Part shown: in pieces, positions 1 through 9,408 of the stretch
How positions within the stretch are numbered: position 1 is the first letter of the stretch
Layout of the letters: each line of letters begins with the position of its first letter
Assembly: GCF_000341395.1 (NCBI RefSeq)
Contig: NC_020304.1
Coordinates: 210,001-242,000, forward strand
Reading direction: 5' to 3'
Length of the DNA: 32,000 bases
DNA from: Desulfocapsa sulfexigens DSM 10523
Lineage (GTDB): Bacteria; Desulfobacterota; Desulfobulbia; Desulfobulbales; Desulfocapsaceae
Notes under the pieces: generated by a model
Seen by the model: the letters and a program-made list of their open reading frames with translations, nothing else
The model's database searches: none
Told to the model about the DNA's origin: nothing
Made by a program: the position numbers and the translations under genes

Positions 1-1
1 T

Positions 2-1612
2 CACCATCTCTATGTAACGTCCATCATAAGCAACCAAAGTGATACCCTGATTCGAATTCAGCAGCAATTCTCCGAGTTATATGATGAGGTGGACAAACAG
101 CTTGTGGCATTGATGGCTGTGCTTCCAGAATCTTCCCGTGCCGGAATGGAAAGCCTTCGTGATGAATATTTCACCCTTGAAGATGGTGTACAGACTGTAA
201 CTTCAATCCGTATCACCATTACTGAAACTCAGAATCAGACAGTGAAGGTTCTGGAACAGATCAATTCTGCCATAACCACAACATCACTGGATCAGGAGGG
301 AGAGTCTGCTCGTCTCATGGCTGACGGTCTCAGCCTGGCTCAAAGAAATCTGGTTATAATGTCAGTAAGTCTTGTGCTTGCCGCGCTCATGTTCGCGATC
401 ATCGCCTTTTTCCTCCATACCAGAATGATCAGGCCACTGGTCGATTTTATTGAACTGCTGCGCCGCATGACAGCACTTCTTGCCGGAATGCGGACAAAAC
501 AGGTATCCGAAGATGAAAACTTCCTCTCTCTTTCCAATATGTCAGACAAACGCCATGATGAGATCGGGGAAGTAGCCGAGGCAGTCAAACGACTGATTCT
601 GCGTTTACGTGAACTATCCATATTCAGGCAGACCATTGAAGCTGATGAGATGACAAGCGAAATTTATACCCGCCTGGCTCGAATTTTTATGCATAAGCTG
701 GGGCTTGATACGTTTATCATTTACGAAAAAAATTCAAAATCAAAGGGGATGCTCCCTATCTACTGTCAACCTCCTGAGATCGAGGAGGACTTACCGGACT
801 TCAGTGTAGCTGACAGGTGTCGGGCACAGCGAACCGGAACCCTTATTACCTCTCAGGATGATCTTTTAATCTGCAAGCAGTTTCCTCTTCATGATGTAAT
901 GCATCATGTTTGTATTCCCATGATGGTAGGTGGACAGGTCATTGGTGTGGTGCAGTTTTTGTATTCAATAGATCTTTCCCGGAGTGAGCACCTGAAAATC
1001 ACGAGGGCTATTGAAGAGGCTCGACACTATATTCTTGAAGCCCTGCCGGTGCTGCAGAGCAAACATCTTGCAGAAAAGCTTGAAGAGATGGCAACAGAGG
1101 ATCAGCTCACCGGATTATATAACAGGCGCTATCTTGAATCGTCCCTTGAACAGATCGTAGCCGGTGTACAGCGACGTCAGACAAAGCTTGGAGTTCTGAT
1201 GTGTGATATGGACTATTTTAAACAGGTAAACGACAATTACGGACATGACGCCGGCGATGCAGTACTTATCCAGTTGGCTCAACTGTTGTCCGATTCTGTC
1301 AGAAAATCTGATATGGTTATTCGTTTTGGAGGGGAGGAATTTCTTATTCTGCTGGTTGATTGCCAGGATTCCCAGGCAGCTCAGCTAGGAGAAAAAGTAC
1401 GAAAAGTAGTCGAGGAGCACAAGTTCCAGATCGGTGGTCAGTCCATACAAAAAACTTTGAGTATTGGGGTCTCGGAATTCCCCATTGACTCCGCCAAAGG
1501 AATCTGGGAAGTGATCAAACACGCTGATGTTGCACTTTACAAGGCTAAGGAACAGGGAAGAAACAGGGTGGTTGAATTCAACCTGGAAATGTGGCCCGGT
1601 GATTCCTACTAA
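2..1612 (+). CDS. Diguanylate cyclase with extracytoplasmic sensor, TM, HAMP, GAF-like and C-terminal GGEEF domain (5' truncated by window)
   Basis: The frame is open from base 2 upstream of the listed GTG at 89, so the true start lies outside the window. TM segment LVIMSVSLVLAALMFAIIAFFL, catalytic RFGGEEF, and RKSD (I-site RxxD) five residues before GGEEF. Confidence 0.93.
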   Translation, partial: HHLYVTSIISNQSDTLIRIQQQFSELYDEVDKQLVALMAVLPESSRAGMESLRDEYFTLEDGVQTVTSIRITITETQNQTVKVLEQINSAITTTSLDQEGESARLMADGLSLAQRNLVIMSVSLVLAALMFAIIAFFLHTRMIRPLVDFIELLRRMTALLAGMRTKQVSEDENFLSLSNMSDKRHDEIGEVAEAVKRLILRLRELSIFRQTIEADEMTSEIYTRLARIFMHKLGLDTFIIYEKNSKSKGMLPIYCQPPEIEEDLPDFSVADRCRAQRTGTLITSQDDLLICKQFPLHDVMHHVCIPMMVGGQVIGVVQFLYSIDLSRSEHLKITRAIEEARHYILEALPVLQSKHLAEKLEEMATEDQLTGLYNRRYLESSLEQIVAGVQRRQTKLGVLMCDMDYFKQVNDNYGHDAGDAVLIQLAQLLSDSVRKSDMVIRFGGEEFLILLVDCQDSQAAQLGEKVRKVVEEHKFQIGGQSIQKTLSIGVSEFPIDSAKGIWEVIKHADVALYKAKEQGRNRVVEFNLEMWPGDSY

Positions 1613-1692
1613 CAGCCGTTACAGGCTCAACAACACCCCCGTATTAATAATTTGACTGCATACCAAGCGCAGCCATTTTTGTTCGTCATCAG

Positions 1693-1738
1693 AATCCCCC
1701 TGCCCATATCAGATATGATCTGCACAGGGGGATTTTCT
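1693..1738 (+). terminator. Rho-independent terminator downstream of the GGEEF gene
   Basis: Perfect 10-bp stem AATCCCCCTG (1693-1702) / CAGGGGGATT (1725-1734) followed by a T-rich TTCTTTTATT. Confidence 0.75.
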
Positions 1739-1794
1739 TTTATTCCATCCTGATTCTCCAGCCATTTGTCCGACTAGATACTCAAAAGGACGGA

Positions 1795-3339
1795 CTAGAA
1801 GCGGACATCCATCAGAAAATAGTAGTTATCAAGGGTTGCATCAGACTCAATGGGGGCACCAATATGCTGTCCACTCCCGCTGTAATCGTAATCAATATGG
1901 ATATATCCTGCTCTGAAGAACAGGTACCTGTTTATCGGCTGGATGTAATAGAGATCATAGACACTGCCCCTGGTTGCCAGTTTGTTGAAAAGGTCGGGCG
2001 TCCCCATGGTCATGCTAAACCAGTATTCAGACCCTTTGTTGTACTCAAAACCAATTTTAGGCATATTGAGAGCTTCAATCGGCATGGTATAACGTAAACC
2101 GGTATAAAAGGAATACCCCGAGTGATTCGACTGTCCGTCAGATGATAAGAGTCCGAATGCCCCCAAAGGCGCATTTCCATTTGCCTTACTCCGATTACCA
2201 CCATAGGAAAAGAAAAGGTCCAGTCCAGTGGCTGCGATATCAGAGGCCTGCAAGTGTATCCCCCAGAGATCCATATCCCCAAGATCCACATTGGCCATGC
2301 CGGTTTCATAGAGGTTGGGGCCAGTAAGGTAAAACGGAAGATCCCACACTTTGGCATAACTTAACACCGCAAGACTGTTTTTTAAGCCTGGAATCTTTGT
2401 TTCAAAAAAGGTGGCTGCCATGGTTGAATCGCCGGCCTCACCGTCATCAAAGAAAGGAAAAGCTGAGCCAGTATTATTGTCATCGTCTGAGTGGTAGGCC
2501 TTTCCGTAGGCAAAACGCCACCCGGCCTCCTTGAGACCGGTATAACGATCAAGACCAAAGGTCACTACAATTCCATCATTTTCACCATCAAAAAGCAGGG
2601 CAGGATATGTTGATTGACGCAGCCTGTTTTCTCTGTACTCAAAAGGAGGTCCTTCAGTGGACGGATGGCGGCCAACGGTAATTGCAAGAGGAATTGGGAA
2701 TCCTGAAGGAATCCAGTCAACATACGCTCTGTCTACCCAGAGGTTACTGCTTCCAGGGCGATGACCACGATTAAAATCATTCAGCATATATGAAGCGCTG
2801 GCATCATCGCTGTCTCCCCAGTTTTTATACATCGCCAGGCGACCATGAAATTGAAGGGAGTCTGAAATTTCTGCCTCCATGTTGATGCGAAAGCGGTTTG
2901 TCCAGTTGTTGGAGTCACTCTCCTTGTCATGATAAGTCATTGCTGCACCCATGGCCTGCGTCGGGCTCATACCCGCCATCACGTTCTGCTGAAAACCCGT
3001 CATGTCAATGGTGTTATAATTTTTTGCCCTATAATTATCAGCTCTTACCCGAAGTTCTGCACCAAAATTCATTTTATTCTGGACACTTTTGGTCTCAAGA
3101 TCATCAATAGTGTTGTAAATAATATTGATGTCTTCTGTTACTTTTTCATAATGGGCTTCTGGAACGTTCACGGCCCGCTGAGGAGTTGATTCAAGAATTT
3201 CAACGCGCCGCTGCAGGGCATCCAGTCTGTTCATTATCGCCTTATAGTCTTCTGCCGGGATGGTTACAGTTTCACCCTCAGCATATGCACTGCCAGCCAT
3301 AGTCAGCATCATGCCAACACTTACCAGAGTCTTCTTCAT
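1795..3339 (-). CDS. Porin-like outer-membrane beta-barrel protein with N-terminal coiled coil (DUF3373-like)
   Basis: Signal peptide MKKTLVSVGMMLTMAGSAYA; coiled coil IMNRLDALQRRVEILE; long aromatic/glycine-rich beta-strand pattern ending in YYFLMDVRF with C-terminal Phe. Start moved to the ATG at 3339, which has AGGAGGACAG upstream; the track start at 3399 is an extension. Confidence 0.8.
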   Translation of the reverse strand: MKKTLVSVGMMLTMAGSAYAEGETVTIPAEDYKAIMNRLDALQRRVEILESTPQRAVNVPEAHYEKVTEDINIIYNTIDDLETKSVQNKMNFGAELRVRADNYRAKNYNTIDMTGFQQNVMAGMSPTQAMGAAMTYHDKESDSNNWTNRFRINMEAEISDSLQFHGRLAMYKNWGDSDDASASYMLNDFNRGHRPGSSNLWVDRAYVDWIPSGFPIPLAITVGRHPSTEGPPFEYRENRLRQSTYPALLFDGENDGIVVTFGLDRYTGLKEAGWRFAYGKAYHSDDDNNTGSAFPFFDDGEAGDSTMAATFFETKIPGLKNSLAVLSYAKVWDLPFYLTGPNLYETGMANVDLGDMDLWGIHLQASDIAATGLDLFFSYGGNRSKANGNAPLGAFGLLSSDGQSNHSGYSFYTGLRYTMPIEALNMPKIGFEYNKGSEYWFSMTMGTPDLFNKLATRGSVYDLYYIQPINRYLFFRAGYIHIDYDYSGSGQHIGAPIESDATLDNYYFLMDVRF

Positions 3340-3398
3340 CTCTGTCCTCCTGCTGTTCACTTTAGCGAAAATCGGATTACCCGCAATTTTGTTCATCA

Positions 3399-3719
3399 TT
3401 ATTTGCCTTGTTTGGGAATAATCGCAGCAACAGGATGATCACTACCTGCTGCATGATTCTGTAAAAACACAACGATCTGATTCATTTCATCAGCATTGAT
3501 TGTTCCATTAAGATCTCCGGGGTGCCTATCTCGTTTAAAATACTTAGCCCAGACAACACCAGCTTTAGCTGCCGGGTTGACAGGTTCTGCCCCTCCTCCC
3601 TTCTTGTGACACGAACCGCATCTTTCGAGAAATATATCAAGGTCACTGGCAACTACCATGGAAGACAGGAGCAAAAAGAAACACGCTGTCACTGCAGTAT
3701 ATATAAACTTTTCGTTCAA
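3399..3719 (-). CDS. Small secreted monoheme c-type cytochrome (copy 1)
   Basis: Signal peptide and one CXXCH (CGSCHKKGG). TTG start with GGAGG 8 nt upstream. Confidence 0.85.
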   Translation of the reverse strand: MNEKFIYTAVTACFFLLLSSMVVASDLDIFLERCGSCHKKGGGAEPVNPAAKAGVVWAKYFKRDRHPGDLNGTINADEMNQIVVFLQNHAAGSDHPVAAIIPKQGK

Positions 3720-3740
3720 TCAACGTGCCTCCGGCTTTGA

Positions 3741-4049
3741 TTATTTTGGAATTGCTGCAGCCACCGGGTGATCACTATCCGCGGCATGCTCCTGGAGGAA
3801 TCCAAGAATAGTCATCATTTCATCATTGCTGATCCGAACTGAAAGGTCAACGGGATGTCGTCCCCGCTTAAAATACTTACTCCAGACGACTCCAGCTTTG
3901 TCAGCAGGATTAACCGGAGCAGCTTCACCACCTTTTTTATGACATACGCCACATTTCTGGACAAAGACTGTTGCGGCATCATCGGCAAATGCAGGGGTGA
4001 GCATCACCAGTGACAACACGATACAGCCAAAAAGAATTTGAAACCTCAT
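3741..4049 (-). CDS. Small secreted monoheme c-type cytochrome (copy 2, paralogue of the 3399-3719 product)
   Basis: MRFQILFGCIVLSLVMLTPAFA signal, CGVCHKKGG heme site, and shared AGVVW.KYFKR.RHP and DSDHPVAA segments. ATG at 4049 preceded by GGAGG; the track start at 4127 is an extension. Confidence 0.85.
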   Translation of the reverse strand: MRFQILFGCIVLSLVMLTPAFADDAATVFVQKCGVCHKKGGEAAPVNPADKAGVVWSKYFKRGRHPVDLSVRISNDEMMTILGFLQEHAADSDHPVAAAIPK

Positions 4050-4474
4050 CCATGTCCTCCTTTCCCTTATTGAAACTTGAGCTGCCGGTAAAAAGTTTCT
4101 GTTTTGAGGGCTTATTACTTTCTCCAATCCAAATACCGGGACAGGGGTGAAACAACCTGGTAAGTGACAAGAATTTACTTTCCATTATAAAAGTACCAAG
4201 AAGAAAAACACACTCCAATCGCTTAAAACACCCTATAATACTCCCATTCAATCGGCAAGATCAAAAAGTTGGATTCCCAAAAATCCTGTAAAACAATCCA
4301 TATAGTATGTAAAATCAAAGATGCGCAAAGCGACAATGATGCGATCACCTTGCCTATTCGTATATAAAATGATACGACTATCCCATGCAAAAGAGTCAAT
4401 GTATATGGCGAAATAGCAACTGCCTGTTTTTGTATTATGACGCAAGTGCATTTGGAATTACGAGAAAATAGACT

Positions 4475-6007
4475 ATGAAGCCATCACAGCATGGTATCTG
4501 GATTCTACCTGAAGACTATGTACCTTCAGACCTAAAGCATTCCTTTTCCGATACGTTTATTGTGCGAACCGGTTCTGTGAAAAAAAGTAGCCGGATCTGG
4601 TATGACACCTTTGACTGGCGCCTTTTTCGCAAAAAACAGAGGCTGACCAGTGACGGGAGCAACTGGGTCCTTGACGATTTTCAGGGACGGCAACTTGCTG
4701 TTTTGGAAAGTCCACGGAAGTCATTTCGTTTTTCCTGGCAGTTTCCCGATTCTCCACTTCGACAATCCCTTGAAAAAACATTGGATGTCCGGGGAGTTCT
4801 CCAAATTTGTGTTGAAGAGCTTGAGTCTTATTCGTTAAACCTGTGTAATACAGATGAAAATATTGTTGTCTTTCTGGATATTCAGCAATCAACGAACAGG
4901 CTGACTCGAAGCAAGAGGAGTGTCGCGCATATTAAGGAGATGCGCGGCTGTGGCAAAAGGTTCAAAAGAGCTGTCAAAATTCTTGAAAGCTCAGGTGCAG
5001 TGCAAGTAAGCAGCATTGCTGACCTATTCCCTTTTGTTCTTGAAGGAAGTGGCCGTAAGGCCCTGGATTATAATTCCGGCTATGCTGTCCCCCTAGCACC
5101 TGAGCTAAGGAGTATTGACGCGATTCGAAAGATTCATGCATTCTTACTGGAATGTATGCGTCGGAATGAAGAAGGGGTTATTACTGACCTTGATTCGGAA
5201 TTCCTTCATGATCTGCGGGTGGCGGTACGAAGAACTCGTTCTGCCTTGACCCTGTTCAAGGGGGTACTTGCAACTGATATAACGGATCGTTTCAAAGAGG
5301 ATTTTCACTATATTGGCCAAATTACCGGATCGGTTCGAGACCTGGATGTCTATCTGCTCAATGAGAAGCAGTACAAGGATAGTGTACCTGAGCGTTTGCA
5401 ACAGGGATTGACCTATTTTTTTGATAACCTTACAGAGAGCAGAAAAGAAGAACAACGAAAGCTTGTCAGTTCTATACGTAGCAAACGGTATCAACAGATC
5501 CTGACAGACTGGTCTCAACTGCTTGACAAAGAGAGTCTCCTGCCTGCAGCGGAAAAGGGTGATATACCCATTGCTGTCCTTGCTGGAAAAATAATCCATA
5601 AGCGGTTTCGCAGAGTCTTACAGGATGGTCGCAATATCCATCGAGGTACACCGGATATTGCACTGCATAAACTGCGTATCCAGTGCAAGAAACTCCGTTA
5701 CTGCCTCGAATTTCTCGCCCCTCTCTATGGGCCAAAACAGATGAAACAGTTTATTCGACAGCTCAAGATGTTGCAGAATAATCTTGGTGATTTTAATGAT
5801 CTCTCTGTACAGCAGCAGATACTTGCTAAGTATCTGTCAACAATCAAACCCGGTACCAGGAAGTCCGTGGAATTGGCGGCATCCATAGGTGGACTCATGA
5901 CTAGCCTTGCTGCACAGCATCAGTGGACAAGGGATCATTTCGAGAAGACGTTTACCCACTTCTGTTGCCCCAAAAATATGGCGCTTTATCAAAAGATTTT
6001 TGATTGA
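4475..6007 (+). CDS. CHAD domain protein with N-terminal degenerate CYTH-like region
   Basis: CHAD signatures FLHDLRVAVRRTRSAL, SVRDLDVYL, LHKLRIQCKKLRYCLEFL and LGDFNDL. Confidence 0.85.
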   Translation: MKPSQHGIWILPEDYVPSDLKHSFSDTFIVRTGSVKKSSRIWYDTFDWRLFRKKQRLTSDGSNWVLDDFQGRQLAVLESPRKSFRFSWQFPDSPLRQSLEKTLDVRGVLQICVEELESYSLNLCNTDENIVVFLDIQQSTNRLTRSKRSVAHIKEMRGCGKRFKRAVKILESSGAVQVSSIADLFPFVLEGSGRKALDYNSGYAVPLAPELRSIDAIRKIHAFLLECMRRNEEGVITDLDSEFLHDLRVAVRRTRSALTLFKGVLATDITDRFKEDFHYIGQITGSVRDLDVYLLNEKQYKDSVPERLQQGLTYFFDNLTESRKEEQRKLVSSIRSKRYQQILTDWSQLLDKESLLPAAEKGDIPIAVLAGKIIHKRFRRVLQDGRNIHRGTPDIALHKLRIQCKKLRYCLEFLAPLYGPKQMKQFIRQLKMLQNNLGDFNDLSVQQQILAKYLSTIKPGTRKSVELAASIGGLMTSLAAQHQWTRDHFEKTFTHFCCPKNMALYQKIFD

Positions 6008-6112
6008 CCTTCCACTACTACAGCTACCTGAAGAGTGGATAGCAACAACCACAGGTCACTCACCTCTCCATGCAAAACCTCTTAGAACATTCCTCAAAAA
6101 AACATTAAAAAC

Positions 6113-6148
6113 AAGGGGCTTTTTAATGGGTGCCCCCTTTTCTTTTTG
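6113..6148 (+). terminator. Probable Rho-independent terminator downstream of the CHAD gene
   Basis: AAGGGGC ... GCCCCCTT hairpin (one-base bulge) followed by TTTTCTTTTT. Confidence 0.6.
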
Positions 6149-6237
6149 ACTCGCCGATGAGATTCAAGAAAAAAAATACCTGGATCAGACAACTAACGCA
6201 AACAAAACTACTTGTCACGCCCAAATGGAGGTAACAA

Positions 6238-8067
6238 ATGATTCTACGACCCTTATTTCAGGCACTCATTCTGTCATGTCTCTCAGTTCTATACTGTAGC
6301 ATAACCATTGCGAATGAAAGAGCAGTTACTCCACAGGTACTTTCAAGACCAACGAACACGACCGTAGAGTCAAGCCATAGTCAGTCAAAAGATTTCAGGA
6401 AAGGTCCGCCTAACAAGCTTCAACCAATAAGTACATTACCCGAAAAGCTCACTCCCATGGGGTATTGTTGTAAAAATGGTAAAATCACACGGTCAACAAC
6501 AGATGTATGCAAAAAAGAACATGGAACATTCTACCGTACAGAAAAAGCCGCTACAGAACAATGCAATGGCTACTGCTGTAGCAATTTCACCATTGTCAAG
6601 ACAAGCCAACAAAAATGCAAAGCCACTCAGGGGAAATTTTTTCCGGGAAAACAGCAGGCAGTTCAGTTTTGTGAGCACCAGAAAGGTTACTGTAGCGCCG
6701 GTGGAGATATTCTGCGACTGACTCAGAATCAGTGCGAAAAACAGAAGGGCTTATTTTTCACCAACTATTCTCTTGCAAGACAAAACATTTTAAAAATAAA
6801 GCAACAAGCTCTTGTCCAAAAGAAATCCGGGCAAGATCTCCAATCGACACAATCGCCTCAACAACTGAGTGGTCTGCGCACTACACTGTCTGACCTTTAC
6901 CTGTCTCAGAGAAAGTGGTCCGCACAACCAAAATTTGGTGATAAAATTGGCTACTCCCCACTACTCAACTTGACGGTGAAAAACCAAGGGACGGCAACTT
7001 CCTCCCAAACAAACATACAAATAGTCGCGGAGCAGGCTCCTGGGGGCGTGACTGCTTCTGACACCAACATCTTACAGATGTCAATACAGATCCCTCCACT
7101 ACATCCCGGCAAGACCTTCTCCTTTGCCTGGCCTCAGCCCTCGGAAGAAAAGTGGAGAAAAGGCAACTATCGCATTCGCCTCTCTATTCCAGTTGATCCC
7201 GGTGGAGAATCTGATGCGACAAATAACGAGGTTATCATATATTTCACATGTCAATCAAACACTCCAATGTTCCAAGCAACAGCGCACCCAGGGCTTTCAA
7301 CAAGTATAAACGCACCGCTTATTAGCAGCAGTAAACCAGATCTCACTGTCACTCTTCAAGCTCCAGATACAATACTCTATCACGAATTCCTCTACACTTT
7401 TCGAGGCCAAGTAAGCAACATTGGTACTGCTATCGCGCCCAAGTCCGAGGTGTCATTAGGACTACTTGGCTCGGGAGTGATACCTGTAGACAGCCAGAAT
7501 ATTCCTGCATTAGGCACTACTATGGGTGTATTACCAACTAGCATTTTTTTAGAGCTTAAGGGCACGATCTCCTCAAGTTGCAACGGTTCAAGACAACTGT
7601 TCCTACAGGTAGATCCCGCCAATTTAATAGATGAGGCAAACGAAGACAACAATATCATAGCTTTTGATGTCGAGTGTCGAAAACCACAGTATCTCAGTTA
7701 CGATCTCGGTCTATTCGAAAAGGGATCACAGGAGGCATATGGTCTCAAACATATCGGATACACACATGAGCCTGTCAATTATTCCATAAAAGTCTATAAC
7801 TTCCGCAACAATTCAGTATCTCCGGAAACACAACTTACGGTATCCTGTGATGTAGAATCTGACCAAACTGTTGTAATCAAACCGATCAGTGCCTCAGACA
7901 GCACGATCAACTACCGTGAGTTCCATTTCACAAATAGTTGGGCAACAAACGGTAACTACCAATGTCAGGCAAAATTATCTGATGTAGCAGGATTCACGGA
8001 TTCAGATACAAGTAACAACCAAATGTCTTTTTCAGTCCAGATTACAGGCCATTTACCGGGACAATAG
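6238..8067 (+). CDS. Secreted protein with three Cys-rich repeats and CARDB-like beta-sandwich domains
   Basis: Signal peptide MILRPLFQALILSCLSVLYCSITIA; three GYCx...C....G.F[FY] repeats; two segments with the CARDB-like pattern NxG...S...V.I....VDP.G.xxExxExNN (VDPGGESDATNNEV, VDPANLIDEANEDNN). Confidence 0.75.
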   Translation: MILRPLFQALILSCLSVLYCSITIANERAVTPQVLSRPTNTTVESSHSQSKDFRKGPPNKLQPISTLPEKLTPMGYCCKNGKITRSTTDVCKKEHGTFYRTEKAATEQCNGYCCSNFTIVKTSQQKCKATQGKFFPGKQQAVQFCEHQKGYCSAGGDILRLTQNQCEKQKGLFFTNYSLARQNILKIKQQALVQKKSGQDLQSTQSPQQLSGLRTTLSDLYLSQRKWSAQPKFGDKIGYSPLLNLTVKNQGTATSSQTNIQIVAEQAPGGVTASDTNILQMSIQIPPLHPGKTFSFAWPQPSEEKWRKGNYRIRLSIPVDPGGESDATNNEVIIYFTCQSNTPMFQATAHPGLSTSINAPLISSSKPDLTVTLQAPDTILYHEFLYTFRGQVSNIGTAIAPKSEVSLGLLGSGVIPVDSQNIPALGTTMGVLPTSIFLELKGTISSSCNGSRQLFLQVDPANLIDEANEDNNIIAFDVECRKPQYLSYDLGLFEKGSQEAYGLKHIGYTHEPVNYSIKVYNFRNNSVSPETQLTVSCDVESDQTVVIKPISASDSTINYREFHFTNSWATNGNYQCQAKLSDVAGFTDSDTSNNQMSFSVQITGHLPGQ

Positions 8068-8092
8068 TCACAGAATTGTCCGATGAATGATA

Positions 8093-8121
8093 CACCCTGT
8101 GAACTCTGGTCTCACAGGGTG
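8093..8121 (+). terminator. Hairpin downstream of the CARDB-like gene; possible terminator or 3' processing stem
   Basis: Perfect 10-bp stem CACCCTGTGA/TCACAGGGTG, but no good T-tract follows. Confidence 0.4.
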
Positions 8122-8236
8122 ATTTGAAAGTACGGGAAAAAGAAGCGGTTCTAATCTTAAAACCACTGTATCTGACGGCCTATTCGAACGCGACAAGTAA
8201 CCATAATCAAAAATGGTTATGACTATTTTTGAAAAA

Positions 8237-8270
8237 TTTTGAACTAAAACGAATTTTGAGCTAAAACGAA
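8237..8270. repeat. Two tandem copies of a 17-bp unit TTTTGA(A/G)CTAAAACGAA
   Basis: 8237-8253 and 8254-8270, 16/17 identical, directly abutting. Confidence 0.7.
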
Positions 8271-8272
8271 AA

Positions 8273-8304
8273 ATGGGTTAAGCCAAATTATTGACTTAAC
8301 CCAT
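8273..8304 (-). terminator. Rho-independent terminator of tRNA-Phe
   Basis: On the minus strand ATGGGTTAAG...CTTAACCCAT then TTTTTCGTTTT, starting about 12 nt after the tRNA CCA. Confidence 0.8.
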
Positions 8305-8315
8305 TGATATTCAAG

Positions 8316-8391
<76 letters not shown>

Positions 8392-8457
8392 ACCTTATGT
8401 GCAGTGCTATTTACTGAACATTACACTTTGTGTCAACTGATTTTCTTCTGAAAAAGA

Positions 8458-9252
8458 CTAATCAAGAGAAAGAGAGATACCATCCAGACTTCCAGATGAT
8501 TTTTCTTTCTGAGGAGCAGGAGCTGCATCCAGTCCGTCAAGTTCCAAATCCAGGCTCAATTCATCCAGATCACTATTTTCTTCAACGATATCTCCGGGTG
8601 ACAAATCTATATCATCAAGAGACAACGACAGGTCATCATCGACAGTACTGGATCCGGAATTCAAGCCCAGATCCAAATCGAGGCCGTCCAGATCCAGATC
8701 TTCATCCAGACTCATTTCATCGTCCAGTGAAAGATCCATCCCGGATGAAACGGAAGCAACAGGGCCATCAGTCTCACCAGGCGGGGCAAGATCAGAGATA
8801 TCAGCTAATTCATCGGGGACAGCAAGTGTGGCGGGAGCAGCAGGTTCATCTTCTGAAAAATCAAAATCGTCACCGTCATCGAGATCAAAATCAAAGCCGT
8901 CTTCACTTTCTCCATCACTTTCAGGCTCAAGTAGAAAATCATTATCCGAATCCTGAGTGGCAAAAGCGGTTCCCTCTTCACTCTCATCTTCATCAACAAG
9001 AATATCCAGATCAGGATCAGAGAAGTCATAATCATCCTCTGCATAGTCTTCACCCATACTAATGGTTCCGCTGTCCTCGTCGACAGGATCAGGCTCCGGC
9101 GGTGAATTTTTGTCTGGAACTCTTAGGAAGGAGGGTGCTGCAGCATGATACGTTGTGCCTGCAACGCTAGTGCTCCCTGAAATATCTTTCTTACATTTCA
9201 GACAACTCTCCATATGATCAAATGAGATATAACCACACTTAGGACAACGCAT
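8458..9252 (-). CDS. Zinc-ribbon protein with a long acidic, low-complexity Asp/Leu/Ser-rich tail
   Basis: N-terminal MRCPKCGYISFDHMESCLKCKKDI (CxxC...CxxC) at an internal ATG (9252), followed by acidic LDLDGLDLDLGL/LSLSLDDIDLS-type repeats. The track start at 9303 is an extension. Confidence 0.7.
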   Translation of the reverse strand: MRCPKCGYISFDHMESCLKCKKDISGSTSVAGTTYHAAAPSFLRVPDKNSPPEPDPVDEDSGTISMGEDYAEDDYDFSDPDLDILVDEDESEEGTAFATQDSDNDFLLEPESDGESEDGFDFDLDDGDDFDFSEDEPAAPATLAVPDELADISDLAPPGETDGPVASVSSGMDLSLDDEMSLDEDLDLDGLDLDLGLNSGSSTVDDDLSLSLDDIDLSPGDIVEENSDLDELSLDLELDGLDAAPAPQKEKSSGSLDGISLSLD

Positions 9253-9408
9253 ATTTGGACACCTTCGCTGGATTTTATTTACACTTTTTCTGTATCGAGA
9301 CAAAAAATAATTATCTTCGCGTACTAGATCTTGTCATTATGGCACATCTTTCCCCAAAGAATCAAGAAATTTTCTATTATACAGGGCTGTTGCTTCAGAG
9401 AAAAGGGA

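Noticed and set aside
3522-3740. 72-aa plus-strand ORF
   Set aside because: Antisense to cytochrome copy 1, which has signal peptide and CXXCH support.
4248-4451. 67-aa minus-strand ORF
   Set aside because: Short AT-rich ORF in the gap before the CHAD gene; no signature and doubtful start context.
8430-9062. 210-aa plus-strand ORF rich in His/Pro/Gln/Arg
   Set aside because: Antisense shadow of the acidic zinc-ribbon gene; composition is the mirror of Asp/Glu/Leu/Ser codons and there is no domain signature.
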